Below are positions 29,478 to 43,000 of a stretch of DNA of 64,000 nucleotides, in pieces. The DNA comes from Balanoglossus misakiensis (lineage: Eukaryota; Animalia; Hemichordata): the NCBI GenBank assembly GCA_040954595.2, contig CM082577.2, positions 6,721,846 through 6,785,845 on the forward strand, given 5' to 3'. The number at the start of each line of letters is the position of its first letter. The stretch's first letter is position 1. The position numbers and the translations under genes were made by a program. The notes under the pieces are model-generated. The model was not told the origin of the DNA, ran no database searches, and saw only the letters and a list, made by a program, of their open reading frames with translations.

Positions 29478-32027
29478 GTAAGTATAAAATCGTTTAAATT
29501 TTCAGCAATCGTTCACGTAATATTATAACCAAAGGATTTGTTCCTTTTATCAATAACATGGAAATATTTGTGCACCAATATTTTCGTCCAGAAGAGAGTA
29601 TTTGCTCGTCAATCTCAATTGGAATTGAATGAAGGGCACAACAAAAGTCGTGTCCGACGCTAAAGGTACACAAACGTAAACATGGCGTCCCCCCCCCCCC
29701 CCCCCCCGGTCCTACAACAAGCGTAAACCCGTAGTTACTTGCCAAAGCACAACCCCTCCGGCCTCCGGAAATATCTGGATTTCGTTTACATACCATTCAG
29801 AATGAACTTATCCGGGTGTGTTTTCACGAAATTTAGGGAATGTTGTTGAGGGCGCGGATATTTTCATACGCTAAAAAGCGGCGAAAGCGTTCCCTAGTAA
29901 ACGTCGCTTCCATGTTGAATTAATAAATAAAACGGTATCTTACGACGTCGATCTGACGTTAAAAGCGCGTTGTTGGATGAGAAGTCGCATCAAATCAGTA
30001 CTGCGCTTTTCTACAATTATGGACGTAGATAATAACAAAGCTTCAAAGTAGGTGTATCTGGACCCTGGGTAATCATGATTCATATTGTCACTGTATTGTC
30101 GTACGATGTGCATAATCACTTGCAAGTAATGTAGATGTATGGCGGCTGCAATACAAGTTCAATATGCCCACCTCATTCTTTCTCCTTTTCCGCCTCCATT
30201 TTCTAATCCATACATTATTATCTTTCCAGGGTTCGCAGCAGAAGCAGAAGTGCAGACAGGAAAGCTAGTAAAAGCAAAAGTGGAGACAAGAAATCCAAAG
30301 ACAGGGGAAGAGACCGTAAAAGACGTGCATCCAGCAGCAGCAGTAGTGGAAGGTAGAGATAACAGTAGTACTAGCTCCCTCTGTTGGAACTGCAAAATCA
30401 TAGTTGACGACTGAAAACAAACTGGTGATCAGTTTATCCCTCTGTTGGAACTGCAAAATCATAGTTGACGACTGAAAACAAACTGGTGATCAGTTTGTCA
30501 GATAATAGGATTTGGCCAGACTAGACTGCTAATCAACTATTTTCGCTTCCAAACACTTGAACATATCACCTAATCTTAGCCAAGATGATTTATCAAAGGA
30601 TTCATGTGAAGGAAACATGACATAATTATTGTTTTGAAGCAGGCCCAAAAGCAAAGTCCAAATGAAATATTTTGACTGTACCAATATATTTCATGCAAGT
30701 GTATTTTTGTTCACTGTAGTGACAGCAGCCACTCTTCATCGAGTTCCTCGCGGAGCAGATCTAGTTCCTCAGGATCATCCAGCAGTTCCGGGAGCAGCAC
30801 ATCACGATCCAGGTCTCGCAGCAGTTCATCCGGATCCAGTTCCAGGAGCTCGTCATCTCGGAGCAGCAGTGGAAGTTCAACCTCGCGCAGCAGGAGTCGA
30901 AGTCGGGGAAGGAAGAGAGGTTCTAAAGCTGTTCGGTCAAAATCGAGGTCAAGGTCGCGGTAAGTGGGCCACATTGCATGGTACCTTTTGTATCTATTAT
31001 AAAACTTTCTAAACCAGACAGCAAAGAGATTGCAGTGAGATGACTTACCAGTATAAATGCCATCACAACCACCACCTAGTGTCTCCACAGACCCATTTTA
31101 AAGGGTTGGCAGTCTGAGCATTTCACAGTACACTGAAAACCTTTCTGTGATCGCCATGCCATAAGCACAGCTTCTCAACCGTGCTATGCTCCATTTCAGA
31201 TCACCGAGGAAGAAAAAGAGAAGTCCCACTCCGAAGCCAACAAAGCTTCACATCGGGCGACTCACTCGCAATGTCAATAAAGAGCACCTCACAGAAATCT
31301 TTACCATCTACGGCAAGGTGAAGTCAGTGGAAATGCCTGTGGACAGGTTTAACACACACATATCTAGGGGATTTGCATATGTAGATTTTGACACGCACGA
31401 TGAAGCCGAGAAAGCCATGAAACATATGGATGGAGGTAAATAGACAAACTTTGGTGCAGTATCTTTTTCACAACATAAATATAATGTTGGATGCACATTG
31501 CTGGGAGTAGCCATATTTCTATGGTCACTAATGTACTCTGTACCCTAACCTGTTTGAATTTCTGGTTGCACAAATCACTAAGGTGCAATCCATATTTAAG
31601 AGTTGTACCTGTTCTCCTTTGTTGCACAGGTCAAATTGATGGCCAAGAAATATCAGCTGCCATGGTGCTGGCACCAAGACCAAGACTGCCACCGCCAAGA
31701 AGAAGCCCTCCGAGGCGCGGACCAGCATGGAGGCGATCACCACCAAGGTTTAGAAGAAGGTAAGTAAACTGGTGATGTATTCTTTATGAGCTGAATTCCC
31801 ATGGAAGATGTTGTTTGTACATTTATAATGATGCATTGCTCATTTATAATTGTTTGTGCTAATTTATATGTTTTGTTAAAAGTAGAACTTATTTCATGCT
31901 GTGTTTCATTTTGTGCCATTGTAGATCTCCGCCACGCAGAAGGTCACCACCACGCAGACGGTCACGGTCAAGGTCGCCAGTGAGAAGACGCAGATACAGT
32001 CGCTCCAGTTCAAGCTCATCACGCTGA
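29476..32027 (+). CDS. RNPS1: RNA-binding protein with serine-rich domain 1 (EJC/ASAP complex)
   Basis: Exons ..29477 (AT), 30230-30352, 30720-30959 (Ser-rich), 31200-31436 (RRM: PKPTKLHIGRLTRNVNKEHLTEIF..SRGFAYVDF..AEKAMKHMDG), 31630-31759 (GQIDGQEISAAMVL..WRRSPPR) and 31925-32027 (RS tail, stop). Confidence 0.95.
30376..30496. repeat. Exact 60-bp tandem duplication in RNPS1 intron 2
   Basis: tccctctgttggaactgc...ggtgatcagttt occurs at 30376-30435 and 30437-30496. Confidence 0.95.
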
Positions 32028-32769
32028 ATCCAAGCTTATGTGTTCTCCATTACATGTCAAGCCTAGGTTCCATTTGTTTTGTACTGCAGATACCACTCTG
32101 GTTCACCTCAGAGACAATACTGGATTATCTACAAACTGGAATATTCAGGCGACAAGGGATATCTTGCGAATTTTTTTGTTGAGTGCGACTGCATTCACTT
32201 GTGACACAGTTTTTTGCTTTTTTTCATTCTTGATAAGCAACCAATCAATACCAAGCTTTTAAAAAAAATATCATTTATGTTTTTGTCAGTGTGGTATTTG
32301 TCTGCTTGGAGTTCTTACACTGTAACAGAAAGATTACCGTTGTTGTCCAGCAGTGTCTTTGTGTTATTCTAGACTCTGTGAAAAAATTGCTCCCAGGCCA
32401 TGATCAACACATAGAATCTTGGACTATCATCAGTAGTTGTTTCTTTTTCAGGTGCAGAGTACTGTAGATTACTGAGTACATGTACTTCATATTTGTATTT
32501 TCAGTCTTTTGTTTTCAAAATAAAATTTCTAAAAAAATACACGAATACTATTGCATTGCTTCTTGATTGCCCGACACAAATGTAGTTCTGCATATCGTTT
32601 TAGGACATTTCACTGCATCTGTTGAAAAACCTTGCAACATATATATATATTGCAAGTTCGATAAAATTGATTAGCCACCCATGAAGTCACCAAGTGTCAA
32701 TTATTTTCATTGGAAAAAAAATGTTTATTTGGTTGCCAGCGCGATCCTACTGTTCTGATTCACGTACCG

Positions 32770-32860
32770 GTAAACGTGACGTCATACACAGCGCCCCCTG
32801 TGTACGCACGATGAGCGCTGAATTTCAACGCAACTGAGTGCGGTGAGCGCTTCGCGCTCG
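32770..32860. promoter_or_regulatory. CpG-rich element with a full CRE and a CTCF-like site
   Basis: TGACGTCA at 32777-32784 and cagcgccccctgtgt at 32789-32803, between the RNPS1 3' end and the J-domain gene. Confidence 0.45.
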
Positions 32861-33129
32861 AAGTGAATAACATAAATCCCTGCAGGGATATTTCCCCTGT
32901 GCTGACTTGGGAGTTTTTCAGATAGCTGATGTGCGATCTTTTCCTGGGCTGCAAATGAATTTACCTCCGGTATCGCCGGGATTGCAGTGGGCAGTGGATT
33001 AGGGACGTTTTTATAATTATAGACCCGTTACTCTACTGCAGTGATGCACCAGTATTCCAAACAGCGGGGGTCGTATTAATTTATTGTTCCTTGATAATAA
33101 CACTATTTCGGCCAAAAACCCGTCAAAAG

Positions 33130-33207
33130 TAGCCTGGTCTCATACCAGTGTTTTTTTGTTTTTTTTTAGATATCTAAAAACACACTGGTATCAGTGGTAT
33201 GAATGGC
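33130..33207. repeat. Degenerate copy of the 13591-13673 palindrome
   Basis: tagcctggtctcataccagtgt...tatctaaaaacacactggtat. Confidence 0.65.
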
Positions 33208-34017
33208 ATCCTGTACTTGTAGGGCTTCTTATGGGTTGAAAATCAAGTGCTACTTACCGGTACTGCCAAAGTGGTACTAAAATGTGTACGTAATATGCTT
33301 TGAAATTTTTAAGTTTTGTAAGAATTAGAGTTTATTGCCTAATCACATGACATCTTAATATCCGAAAAATAAAAATGACAACCCCGAGTGAACACGAAAA
33401 AAGCACGAACAAAGTTATAGTGTTTCCAAATACAATGAATGCGCTCGTGCCGCCATTTCGGGGATCTTTGGATCTACCGGTGGATCATTTTTTGTGCTAA
33501 TATCGCAAAAAACAACAACACCAAAACAAACAAACAAACGAATACTTATACGTCGCAATTATTTTCGGAAGGAGATAGTTCGGTAGCTAAAAATATTAGT
33601 ACTGGGGCCTAATTATTATTTCAATCATAAAGTTGAGTCCATGGCTACGAAAACAGGAACGTCCCAAACGTATTAAAAAGTCGACAGCACCGACATTTGT
33701 ATAGATGGAAACTTCGGCTAGTTATACTATAGCCAAAACACAAACAACACAAAGTACCAGTAGGTAATAGTTGCGATATTTGTGCGTTTTTTGAATGTGG
33801 CGTTTGCTTCAACCCTGTTCTGTGGCCGGCTTTTGGTTGCTCTGAACCCTAAACTTGAGCGGTATGCTGGGTAATTATCAACAAGCACGGGCCGAGGTAA
33901 CCTAGACGCCATCTTGGATTAGAAATTGGTTCAGAAGGAAGAATTTTGACTGATTTCCATCACAGTGGTGTGAATATCATCAGTAGTTCCAATGTGTCTA
34001 CCGTGACATTCGTCTCG

Positions 34018-37000
34018 ATGATGTCTCAGGAGAAAGAAAAGAGTTATGAAGTACTTGGCCTAGAACCGAATGTTTCACCAAGTGAGTAAAATTCAAGTGC
34101 AGATATCGGGGCAAGTGTGTGATCTGCGTTGCAAGTTGACATCGCAGTGTACCCCTGTGTATGCACAGTATCAACAATGTTATGAAACGACCAAAATACC
34201 TGTACTTTTTTCTGCCATTAGGGTGTACTGACCAAATTTGTTTTTGACATCGAGGTATTCCAACACAGTTTAGTGACCTCTTTCAATATAGTTGAAAACA
34301 TACATGTTTGGAAGACAAGTTTAATGCTTGCGCATACCTCAACATCGCATTGTTTTCATCGTGCATGCGTGTGGACTATTGTTGAGGCGAAACCGCAATT
34401 ATTTTCGTGGGCGATCGTAACAGCTGCCGGGCCGGCCGGCCTGGGCCATGTCAGTGTGTAGCTAAATACGAGGTAAACATTTGCGTGGGTGGAGGGGATA
34501 CCCCATGACGTATTCTTGTACGTGCGTCGAGAAAAGTTGACGAATTCAAGAAGGGATGTGCTTTCACGTTTCTGGGGTGAACCCCATTCCAAGAAGGAGC
34601 ACCACCCTTCTTGGAGGAAACCATGTTGTTCTTTAAATAAATCGCCCTTTTCTTGGGAAGCCATTGAGTGACCGCCTACGAAGGTCAGTGCATACCACGG
34701 TCACTGGCGGGGGGAGTTACTGCGGGTGGTCCGCTAATAGTAATAGTAATACAACTGAGTATAAATTTGCAACAGTTTGCAACAGACAGTCGAAATGGTT
34801 ATTGTTTATCTAATTTGAAAGAGAGGATTTACTACTATGTTTGGACCCAGCCTTGACTGTAAAGCGCAGGGTATTGTCTACGACTACAATTTAATACTTG
34901 TGTGTTGAAAATTCAGAGACTATGGTAGTACAGAAAAGTGCATTGACAGTGGTGAATGTAAATAAAACATAACATTGAATATATGCGAGGGTAAAATATT
35001 TTTTTTACAGATAATTTTGACTTGCCTGAAAATAGTTCACAACAAGTGACATTTCTTCTCATTACTCCTATTAAAATCTACTTTATTGATTATTTATTTG
35101 TCACGACTATTTCCGTTTTGTATCATTGGAAAAATTAATAAAAGTCTCTACTGACCATTGAAAAAAAAATGTATGCACATAAATGTGCAAATTAGGCGCA
35201 GATACAATTTTGCAAACAAGTATGTTTCTTTTCTATGACTTGATGAATAGCCCGTAATTAGTTGGGATTTTACTAAAATGTGCTAAAATCATGTCACACA
35301 GCCAATCATGGCAGAGATATTTTGTATATTGAGCTGCATGTTGAATGACCTATATCACCCCAAGTGACACCATCCACAAATGTGGATTAAAATTCTCAAG
35401 GACGAAGTGCCGTTCGACACATGCTGCCTGAGGGGGCTAGGCATTGAACCACATTGTTGACATTCGTGTTGTCAATGGAATACAAATTACATGTAGATTT
35501 AATGCCTCACAGTTTAAAATGCCAACCGTGCCAACATGTAATAAATTTTGCACATGCGGATGACTACAGCTGGAAATGACCAGACATGGAGGGTCATAGA
35601 AGGATGGTCTCTGCAAATGACTGCAGTTAAGAGTAACTGGCAACTGATGGGCTCAGCCTGCAGTCTGCTTACACATCCTTGTCAAGTCCTGTCCCATCCT
35701 GTCTAAATTACTAAGCTCATAATTTGCTAGTAAGACAAAACTGGAGATGCCTTTGTAGCAAATAAGGAGACTTCGTATGAACAATCAGGTACTCATAGTA
35801 TGAGCAACGTCCTACTGTTGATGACCTGCATAAAGCACACCAGTGGAATTTATGCATGTCATGGCAGTTGGTTGTGTAACATATGCACAAATTAGCAGAA
35901 TTAATTAGTCAGAAGATGACGAATCCAGTGTGTATCTACCTGCATATTTATGTTGACAAAACATGCAAGTACCCCAAAATAGAAATTTTATTATTGTAGA
36001 TGAGACATAGTTCACAAGCATGTCTGTTGTTTCTGGTGCTGTCATTTGTGAGGAGTAACACTGACAGGTTTGAACTTGAGTGAATTGAGTAGCTTTTGGC
36101 TTATAATTGTTAACTAATGTGTCAGATGGGAAATGTGCTAAGTGGTCATCTTTGTATACACACTTGTTAACACGAATGAATAATGGCATTTAGACTGGAT
36201 ACTTGAGTCTCGGCCCCCTTTTATTTGGAAACACAGACAGAATCTGATTATCATGCGTTGTTTTCCATGTGGAAAATGCCATCCCAGTTGGTAGGCTTTA
36301 ACCTGCTTAGAACTACTAGTATTCCAGTATTCCGACCAAGAAAAACTGTCCCAGTTGTATGTACAGATTATAGTGTTGTATCATACTGAACTGCCAGGTC
36401 AATAGCCACAGTGACCTTTTCAACTAAGGACACACATCCTACCAGTATCATATCTTCTATTAAACAATTTCCCGCAAAGTCTAGGCTGTATGGTGAGGAC
36501 CCAAGACTCTCTATTTTTCAAACATGATTTCAGAAGTTGACTTTACTTATTCAAGTCCCTATTCCCAGATATTACCTCTGAAGTATATTTATTATTTCTT
36601 TGAAAATATATGAAAGATATATCTAGTTAAACAGGTTGCTGCTTCAGAAAAGATTTGAATTGAAGCTAAAATTTCCTTGCTGGTTTTTCAACCTCCGATG
36701 GGACTATGCCAGTGTCTATAAGTAGCTTGTATAGATTTCCTTATCCATTTGAAGCTTTCTTTGCCATACATCGTTAAAATAGTGAAGATTTATTGAAACC
36801 TGTACCCTAGGACCTCTGTGTGGAGACCTCATCGGCTCATGCCATAACTGAAGTGTGAGTCACATTTCCTGCAAAGTTAGTATTAGTTCATGCCAGCTTT
36901 TTGAAATATGTTTTTCTTCGTTTCTTTTATCTTCTACAAAATGCAGGAGCCAGAACTGAAGATTTTGTAATCACCAGTGAGTGTATATGTACAGTCTTCG

Positions 37001-40000
37001 TCATTCATGCCTGTTATCATAGGGGGGAGGGGTGTCACAGTGTAGCTTTTCAGGTGTAGAAGTAGGTCACGTTTAGGGTGTGTTTTCATAGTGTACGTAA
37101 CTTAGAAGTAGGTCAAAATTATCTACAGCGATGTTTTAGAAATGGGTACAATTTCTGGGACAAGGGTGGCACAACCTCCACTTCTGGGGAATAGACTACG
37201 GTACTTATATTTACTGTTCAAACCGTGCATGAGTTTGACAGAGGGTTTTGGCAAGTTGAGCTGTGACGCATTTGCCTGGCATATGTTTATGATGGGAGAG
37301 ATTCAAGTATTCCAGGGCTGCAGAATTAGATACTGAATGTTTGTTGTTGATGTGCTAATAGAGTTTAAAATGTCACCAGGACATTGACAGAGAAAAAGCC
37401 AGGCATGTCATGTTCTCCAACTGTCTGTCTTCTGTAGAAGACACATACCACAGTGTTATTAGCCCGGAACCCTGTGTCTTGAGGTATGTAGGAAGTATTT
37501 CCATGCGTCACAGATCAAGTGGCCGTTTTCCGATTTCGTCAATGTTTAGTTAAAGCTCTGAGGATTGCAACAGGATCGTCCTGGAAGTTTAGACAATGGA
37601 TGCTGTGGTAAGAACACATCTTCCCAGTGTCACTGCACTACAGATCAGAACTTAAAGTTTCCAACTGGATCAGCTCTGGGCTAAGTTAAACCCATGGCCA
37701 GCCTGCCTAGATTTAGCAAAATTTTGTCCTATCGCAAGAGCATACAAATAAGCATAAGCCACATGTCAGTGAGCAGTGGTGACGGATAGCTAACACCAGG
37801 CCAACCCTTTGTAAGCCCAGTGGTCAGCTAATCAGAAAAGAACAATTGATCTGTACTGTAACTAGCAATGAATTGTCCTACTACCCCAGGGTCTAAGGTC
37901 CTACCTAAAAAGTTAATAACGGTAATGTATAGTCAGGAAGTCAGTATGTGAAATGTCAAACTTGAAAGTTGTTGACATTCATTCACATTTGAGATACCCA
38001 CAGAAGCATTTCGCAGTCTACTGCCAACTGGGGAATATGAAACGCGTTTCCTGTTCATTTCAGAAATTGCTTCCTTTCGTCAGAGAGGCTTTTGCTCAGA
38101 CAAGAGCAAATCACCCACTCAGAAGTCACACCAATATTATAGATGCCCCACGATTTATTAGAAGAAAACCCACATCCTGTGGAAATCATTTTTTTGTCTC
38201 TGCTCTTTAGGGCAGCGGAAGAATGTTGATGGCCACAAGCTTGTGATTTTTCAGAAAACAATAGAAGCTAACTCACAAATACATTAAACAGCCTTATTAG
38301 TGATACATATCATAATCATAGATGACAAAATGAGATTGATAATTCAGTATGTGAAATTTGACTAGGATTTTGCCTTTATTTTCTTGACCCCAAATAAAAT
38401 GAAAGTGAACGTATTTATCTTGTAGCATGTGCAGCCTTGTAGTGGTCCCTGAATCACAGAGATGACTGTTGTAAATCTTAATTACTGTCCACAGGACCCA
38501 TTGCATCCAGAAGGCCCCACATGTGTCTGGGGTGTTTTGCGAGGACAAACCGATCATTGTGATGATAACGGAATGATAAACAAACCAATTGCTACTGCTA
38601 AGATGACCCCACCACAATATAGAGTGAACTTTGTACATCTTCCAGAGGCCAGACCCCCCACACACAGAGTGCCTGTGGGTGGAATACTGAAAGATTGTTG
38701 ACCCCAGCTGACCTTTAGACGCACACTTGACTGGCTTGTAAAACAATTGTTTATTTGTGTTTGGATGTGGGGGAACATTGGCCATAGAAGCAGCCCTTGT
38801 TCATGTTTATTTTGCATGTGAGGTTTAAAAGTCTAACAGTTCAAAATATCCATGTGCTAGTTACGAAATTATAATGATTTAGGACTGTACTGATATATGA
38901 ATGTGTTTGCACAAACATGTTTAAATATGTGATGTGATTCATGCTGTCTTGTTGGTTCTGTAAACGCCCTCAGGTGACATATCAGGTTTGCATTTTCACT
39001 GAAGAGTTTGTTGAATGTTGTAGGCAGTATGATATGTTCATGAAGGTTACATCAGCTGGGCCTGAGCACCATTGGCCTGTATTTTTGCACACTAAACTAT
39101 TTTCTCAGTTAAAAGGTTTGTGAAATTGGTTTCCACCCAGGAAGCCATACTGATTTTTTTCTTATTCCCATGGCAAAATACTCAAACATATTCTGATATG
39201 CATCAGTTGACATTTCTTACATGAAATGTATCTTATAATTTGATAGTTTGTGACTATTTTATACATTTTGCTACTAGTCAAATCAAAATTTGAATTTCAT
39301 GCAATACACATCAACTGTTGCACTTAGACTATGTGTGGAATCGGATATCCTGTCGCCATGGAAATTAAAGCCGACTATTTCAGTAGGGCTTCCTTAAAGT
39401 AATGGAAACAGTTTGCATAGTGGGATTCATTTACTGAAGCAGTACATGATTTTTGCCACAGAAATCAAACGGTGATACTGATAATCCATCACTGTTCCAG
39501 AGCAGGTATGTTTACACTGTTGAAAGCCGTTTAGTTCAGAACGCGCAGCAGTACTTCTCCGGTTCATCTGATGTGGTTAGCTAAATTGAAATCTGAGACT
39601 TGATGCCCCAAATCACTCGGAGAAGATGTTGTCTGCCATGATCACTGATGATGGATGACATGAACACGTCAGACATGGTGTACAGTGTTTCATCTAGACG
39701 GTACGATTCCTTGACCTGTTGGCACCCTCTAGCAATTGGCCAAGGGGAGACCGGCGCCCCCTGAAAATGATGTCAGTCATGGTAATACACACAAATAATT
39801 GACAAAATATATCAGCCCCCCTTTAATATTCTGGGAAGGGGGGACAATCCCTCCTGCTGATGCCAACCTTGATGGAACACTGGGTGTAACCTGGGACATC
39901 ACATGAATCATTGAGAAAAACACAACCAACCAGACTTCTTTATGTCTTGCATCAGTGGAATTCAGGGATTTTGGCAAAGGTGTTTTACTACATAGACAAG

Positions 40001-43000
40001 ATTTTAGCATCTAGGAATTCTCTTGAATACAAGCTCATTCTTTTTAAGCTGTTGAGCAGCTTTGTGACTGTGTGACTATGTGCTGTGGTTTAATCTGCAT
40101 GCGGGAGATCATTGTTATTGTCTTATATTGTCCAATATTGTCGGATAAGAGTCATAAAGACAGTTGTGTGAATGAATGCCTTTCTTGAGGGATAGAGAAG
40201 GCAAATTCCTATCGTGTTTGTGTCCATGGTGTTCAGCTTTCAAAATAGAAGAGATAATCATTTATCGGATACTGATTTTTGTATAAAAAAGCAGCATCCA
40301 TAATTTTGGGTACTCTCTGACAAAATGGAAGCTGGATGGTTGGAAACTTATCCACCCAGTCACAAAAAATGGCTTCAGTTTCACATCAATGCAATAGAGG
40401 GCGCTGTTACTAGTACACAAGATCAAGGAAACAAGTCAATGTCGTCTGCAGAACTTCACTCGGTGAACTTATAATGTACAGTGTATACTAAGTTCATTTT
40501 GATGTACATGTATAAAATTCTTAATTAGGTTAATAGAAAAATTGTAACATAAAATTGAAGGTGTCAATTTTCCTTAAAATGTGTATGAAAATGTAGGAAG
40601 GTTTTATAATAATATATTGTACATTCTTTTTCTGTTCTCAGTTGATATCACCCGAGCCTATGGTCGTTTAGCCCTGCAATATCACCCAGACCAGTCAGAT
40701 AATAGGGTATGTGAAATCATTACTTGTCAGTTGTGTTTTGTTTGTCAAATTTCCCGTCAGTTGTATGTGTGTGTGTTGGTTTGTGTGGGTGTGTGATAGT
40801 GACGAAAATCAGTTTTATAAATTGGAAATACAGTCAGATTTGCCCGGTGGCATTGTAGATGGATCTGGACAAGCCAACGAATGACAAGTACAGATTACTG
40901 ACTGGTCACATCAGTGAATAAAGTGGTAAATTCACCAGTCAGAAAGCAAAAGTACTGTCATGTAAAATCAACATGGACATGTCAGATATGTGACTTGCAG
41001 TTGAAAATACTCACCATCAGTAGGTAAGTACTAGAATTGAGAATGGGTCTAGGCATAAAATATGCAAGAATTCTAGATGTGCAATGTGATGTTTCATAGT
41101 CAGATGTTCTTTGTTGATTGGTAATAATGTGTGTTATGTTTAGCTGTGATGAAGGATGTATGAAGGGCCTGTGTGATATACACTGACTGTCCACAAATAT
41201 GTCATACCATGTAGTTGTATTTACATGTTACTTGTATTTCTAACACAGTTTGAAATATCTATGCTACAAATGATGTACATGTTTACCCATTGCTCCAGCA
41301 ACATATCTCTGACAATACGTGCTGAGCTACTGGAGGTGGTGAAATTGTGTCAAAAATGACAACAAAATGGTACCAGCTGAGCAATACATATTGAATTATG
41401 ATAAATTGTATTATCTATATACACCAAACACACTCAGCTTCAGGATGCACTATGCTGACATATGGATTAGATTGATGTGGCTGTCTCTGCCACTTGTTTA
41501 TTTGACATTCTCCACAACTTCGCTAAATTTAGCTCTTATGTTTTTCTTCTATCTCACCAAATTCTGCCTCAGTGATACAGATCAGTGTCAATTTATTTAT
41601 TTAGATGCGAAAATTGTATGTAATTGTGATCATAAAATATAAATGGCGCTAGCTGTCGATCACCAGAGTCATATGTCAAATTTGGCATTTCCGGTCACGA
41701 AGATTACACCAGGATCTGAATTAGAAATATTACATTTCTGTTCAAGGACTATTGTGTATATCCTGTAGGCAACTTGCCATCTGATTTCATATTTTGCCCA
41801 AGGCAATTTTAGATTAATATTCTCTTTTAAAATTGATAGTAAAAATTGAGGGTCACCGTGAAGAAAATTGAATGACAGAGCAGAATTGTCTCAAATGTGA
41901 AATTCAAATTGGCCCCCAATCTCTCTTATATAAATAACTCTATGGAGAAAAATCTAAGCAGTGATTTTTATTTTTATGAAAATAAGATGGTGAACACCCT
42001 GTTTTCTTCCGTGTTTTGAAAAAGACTCCTCACATAGCAAAATATTAAAAGGTTTTAAGGACTATCATTTTTCTGATGATCTGTCCTCGGGGCACATAAT
42101 ACATAAATCTTTTAAACCTTGATATTAAACCTACCTCAGTCCCTCATCACTAGTCAAGCGACAGGAGGCTGCTCATTGTCCATATCCACCACATTGATTG
42201 CAAACAATGATTGACACCTTGCACCCAGGAGGTCTAATGTTCTAATACATAACGGTCATGGGCATTTATGCCTTGATAATAAGACCCCACAATGCAAAGC
42301 TTTTGCGCTTGTGCATAGTTCATGGTGAGTCCAGCCGCACCAGTAATGACACTTGTGACATGAAAGCTGACATGAATAGACGTGAACATTGTGCAAGGAT
42401 TTTGTCAATGTCGACGACCAGACCATTGATAAACTGGATGTTAAAATTTTGTTTAAAAACAAAGCGTTTGATCATTTGTTTTTAGCCGTTCCCTAGCAAT
42501 AGAATTTCCTGTGGGATAAAAAAAAAACATTATGATTTATTCAAATACAATGAAGTGGTATACTGCAGTGAATTTATGTTGACTCTGCAGGTGGGAGTGA
42601 ATGTCACTGCTGAGTAGCGGATATTTGAAATGAGAGTGCGTCCCAGGTGGTCCAATGTAATTTGCTGGGTTGTGGCCTGTGAAATTGACATGATGGTTTC
42701 AAACCACAGAAACCAAATACTTCCTTTTTACAGCAAAACCAGGCAGCCTAGCATGACTGCCCACTAGCCAGAGTGATTTACACGTTGATGGAGTGTGAGC
42801 TCAGCAGTGTTTCTGTATTGCTGGTTTGACTTTCTGTATACCCAACCTTCCTTTTTAAATCAAAATCTGGACTAGAGTGGGTGGTTGTGAGATTGATGGC
42901 TACCAGGTTTAAAAATTGCATGTAAACAACAGTGACCCTGACACCTACCTGAACTATTAATAAATTAGTCTCACCCTCAATTAAGCATCATTTAAATATG

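Noticed and set aside
29682-29722. ATG GCG TCC + poly-C as the RNPS1 start
   Set aside because: Homopolymer with a weak donor inside intron 1. The split AT|G exon has a consensus donor and promoter context.
32089-32262. Alternative last exon of RNPS1 after tttgtactgcag
   Set aside because: The acceptor is plausible, but the peptide is unconserved and the preceding exon already gives the canonical RS C-terminus.
33727-33912. Minus-strand ORF MASRLPRP..
   Set aside because: The ATG is part of a YY1-type CAAGATGGCG promoter motif; there is no downstream gene structure.
38297-38817. 162-aa and overlapping ORFs in intron 1 of the J gene
   Set aside because: No homology signal or splice support; consistent with chance ORFs.
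42640-42715. tRNA or tRNA-derived SINE-like stretch
   Set aside because: A/B boxes too degenerate and no cloverleaf.
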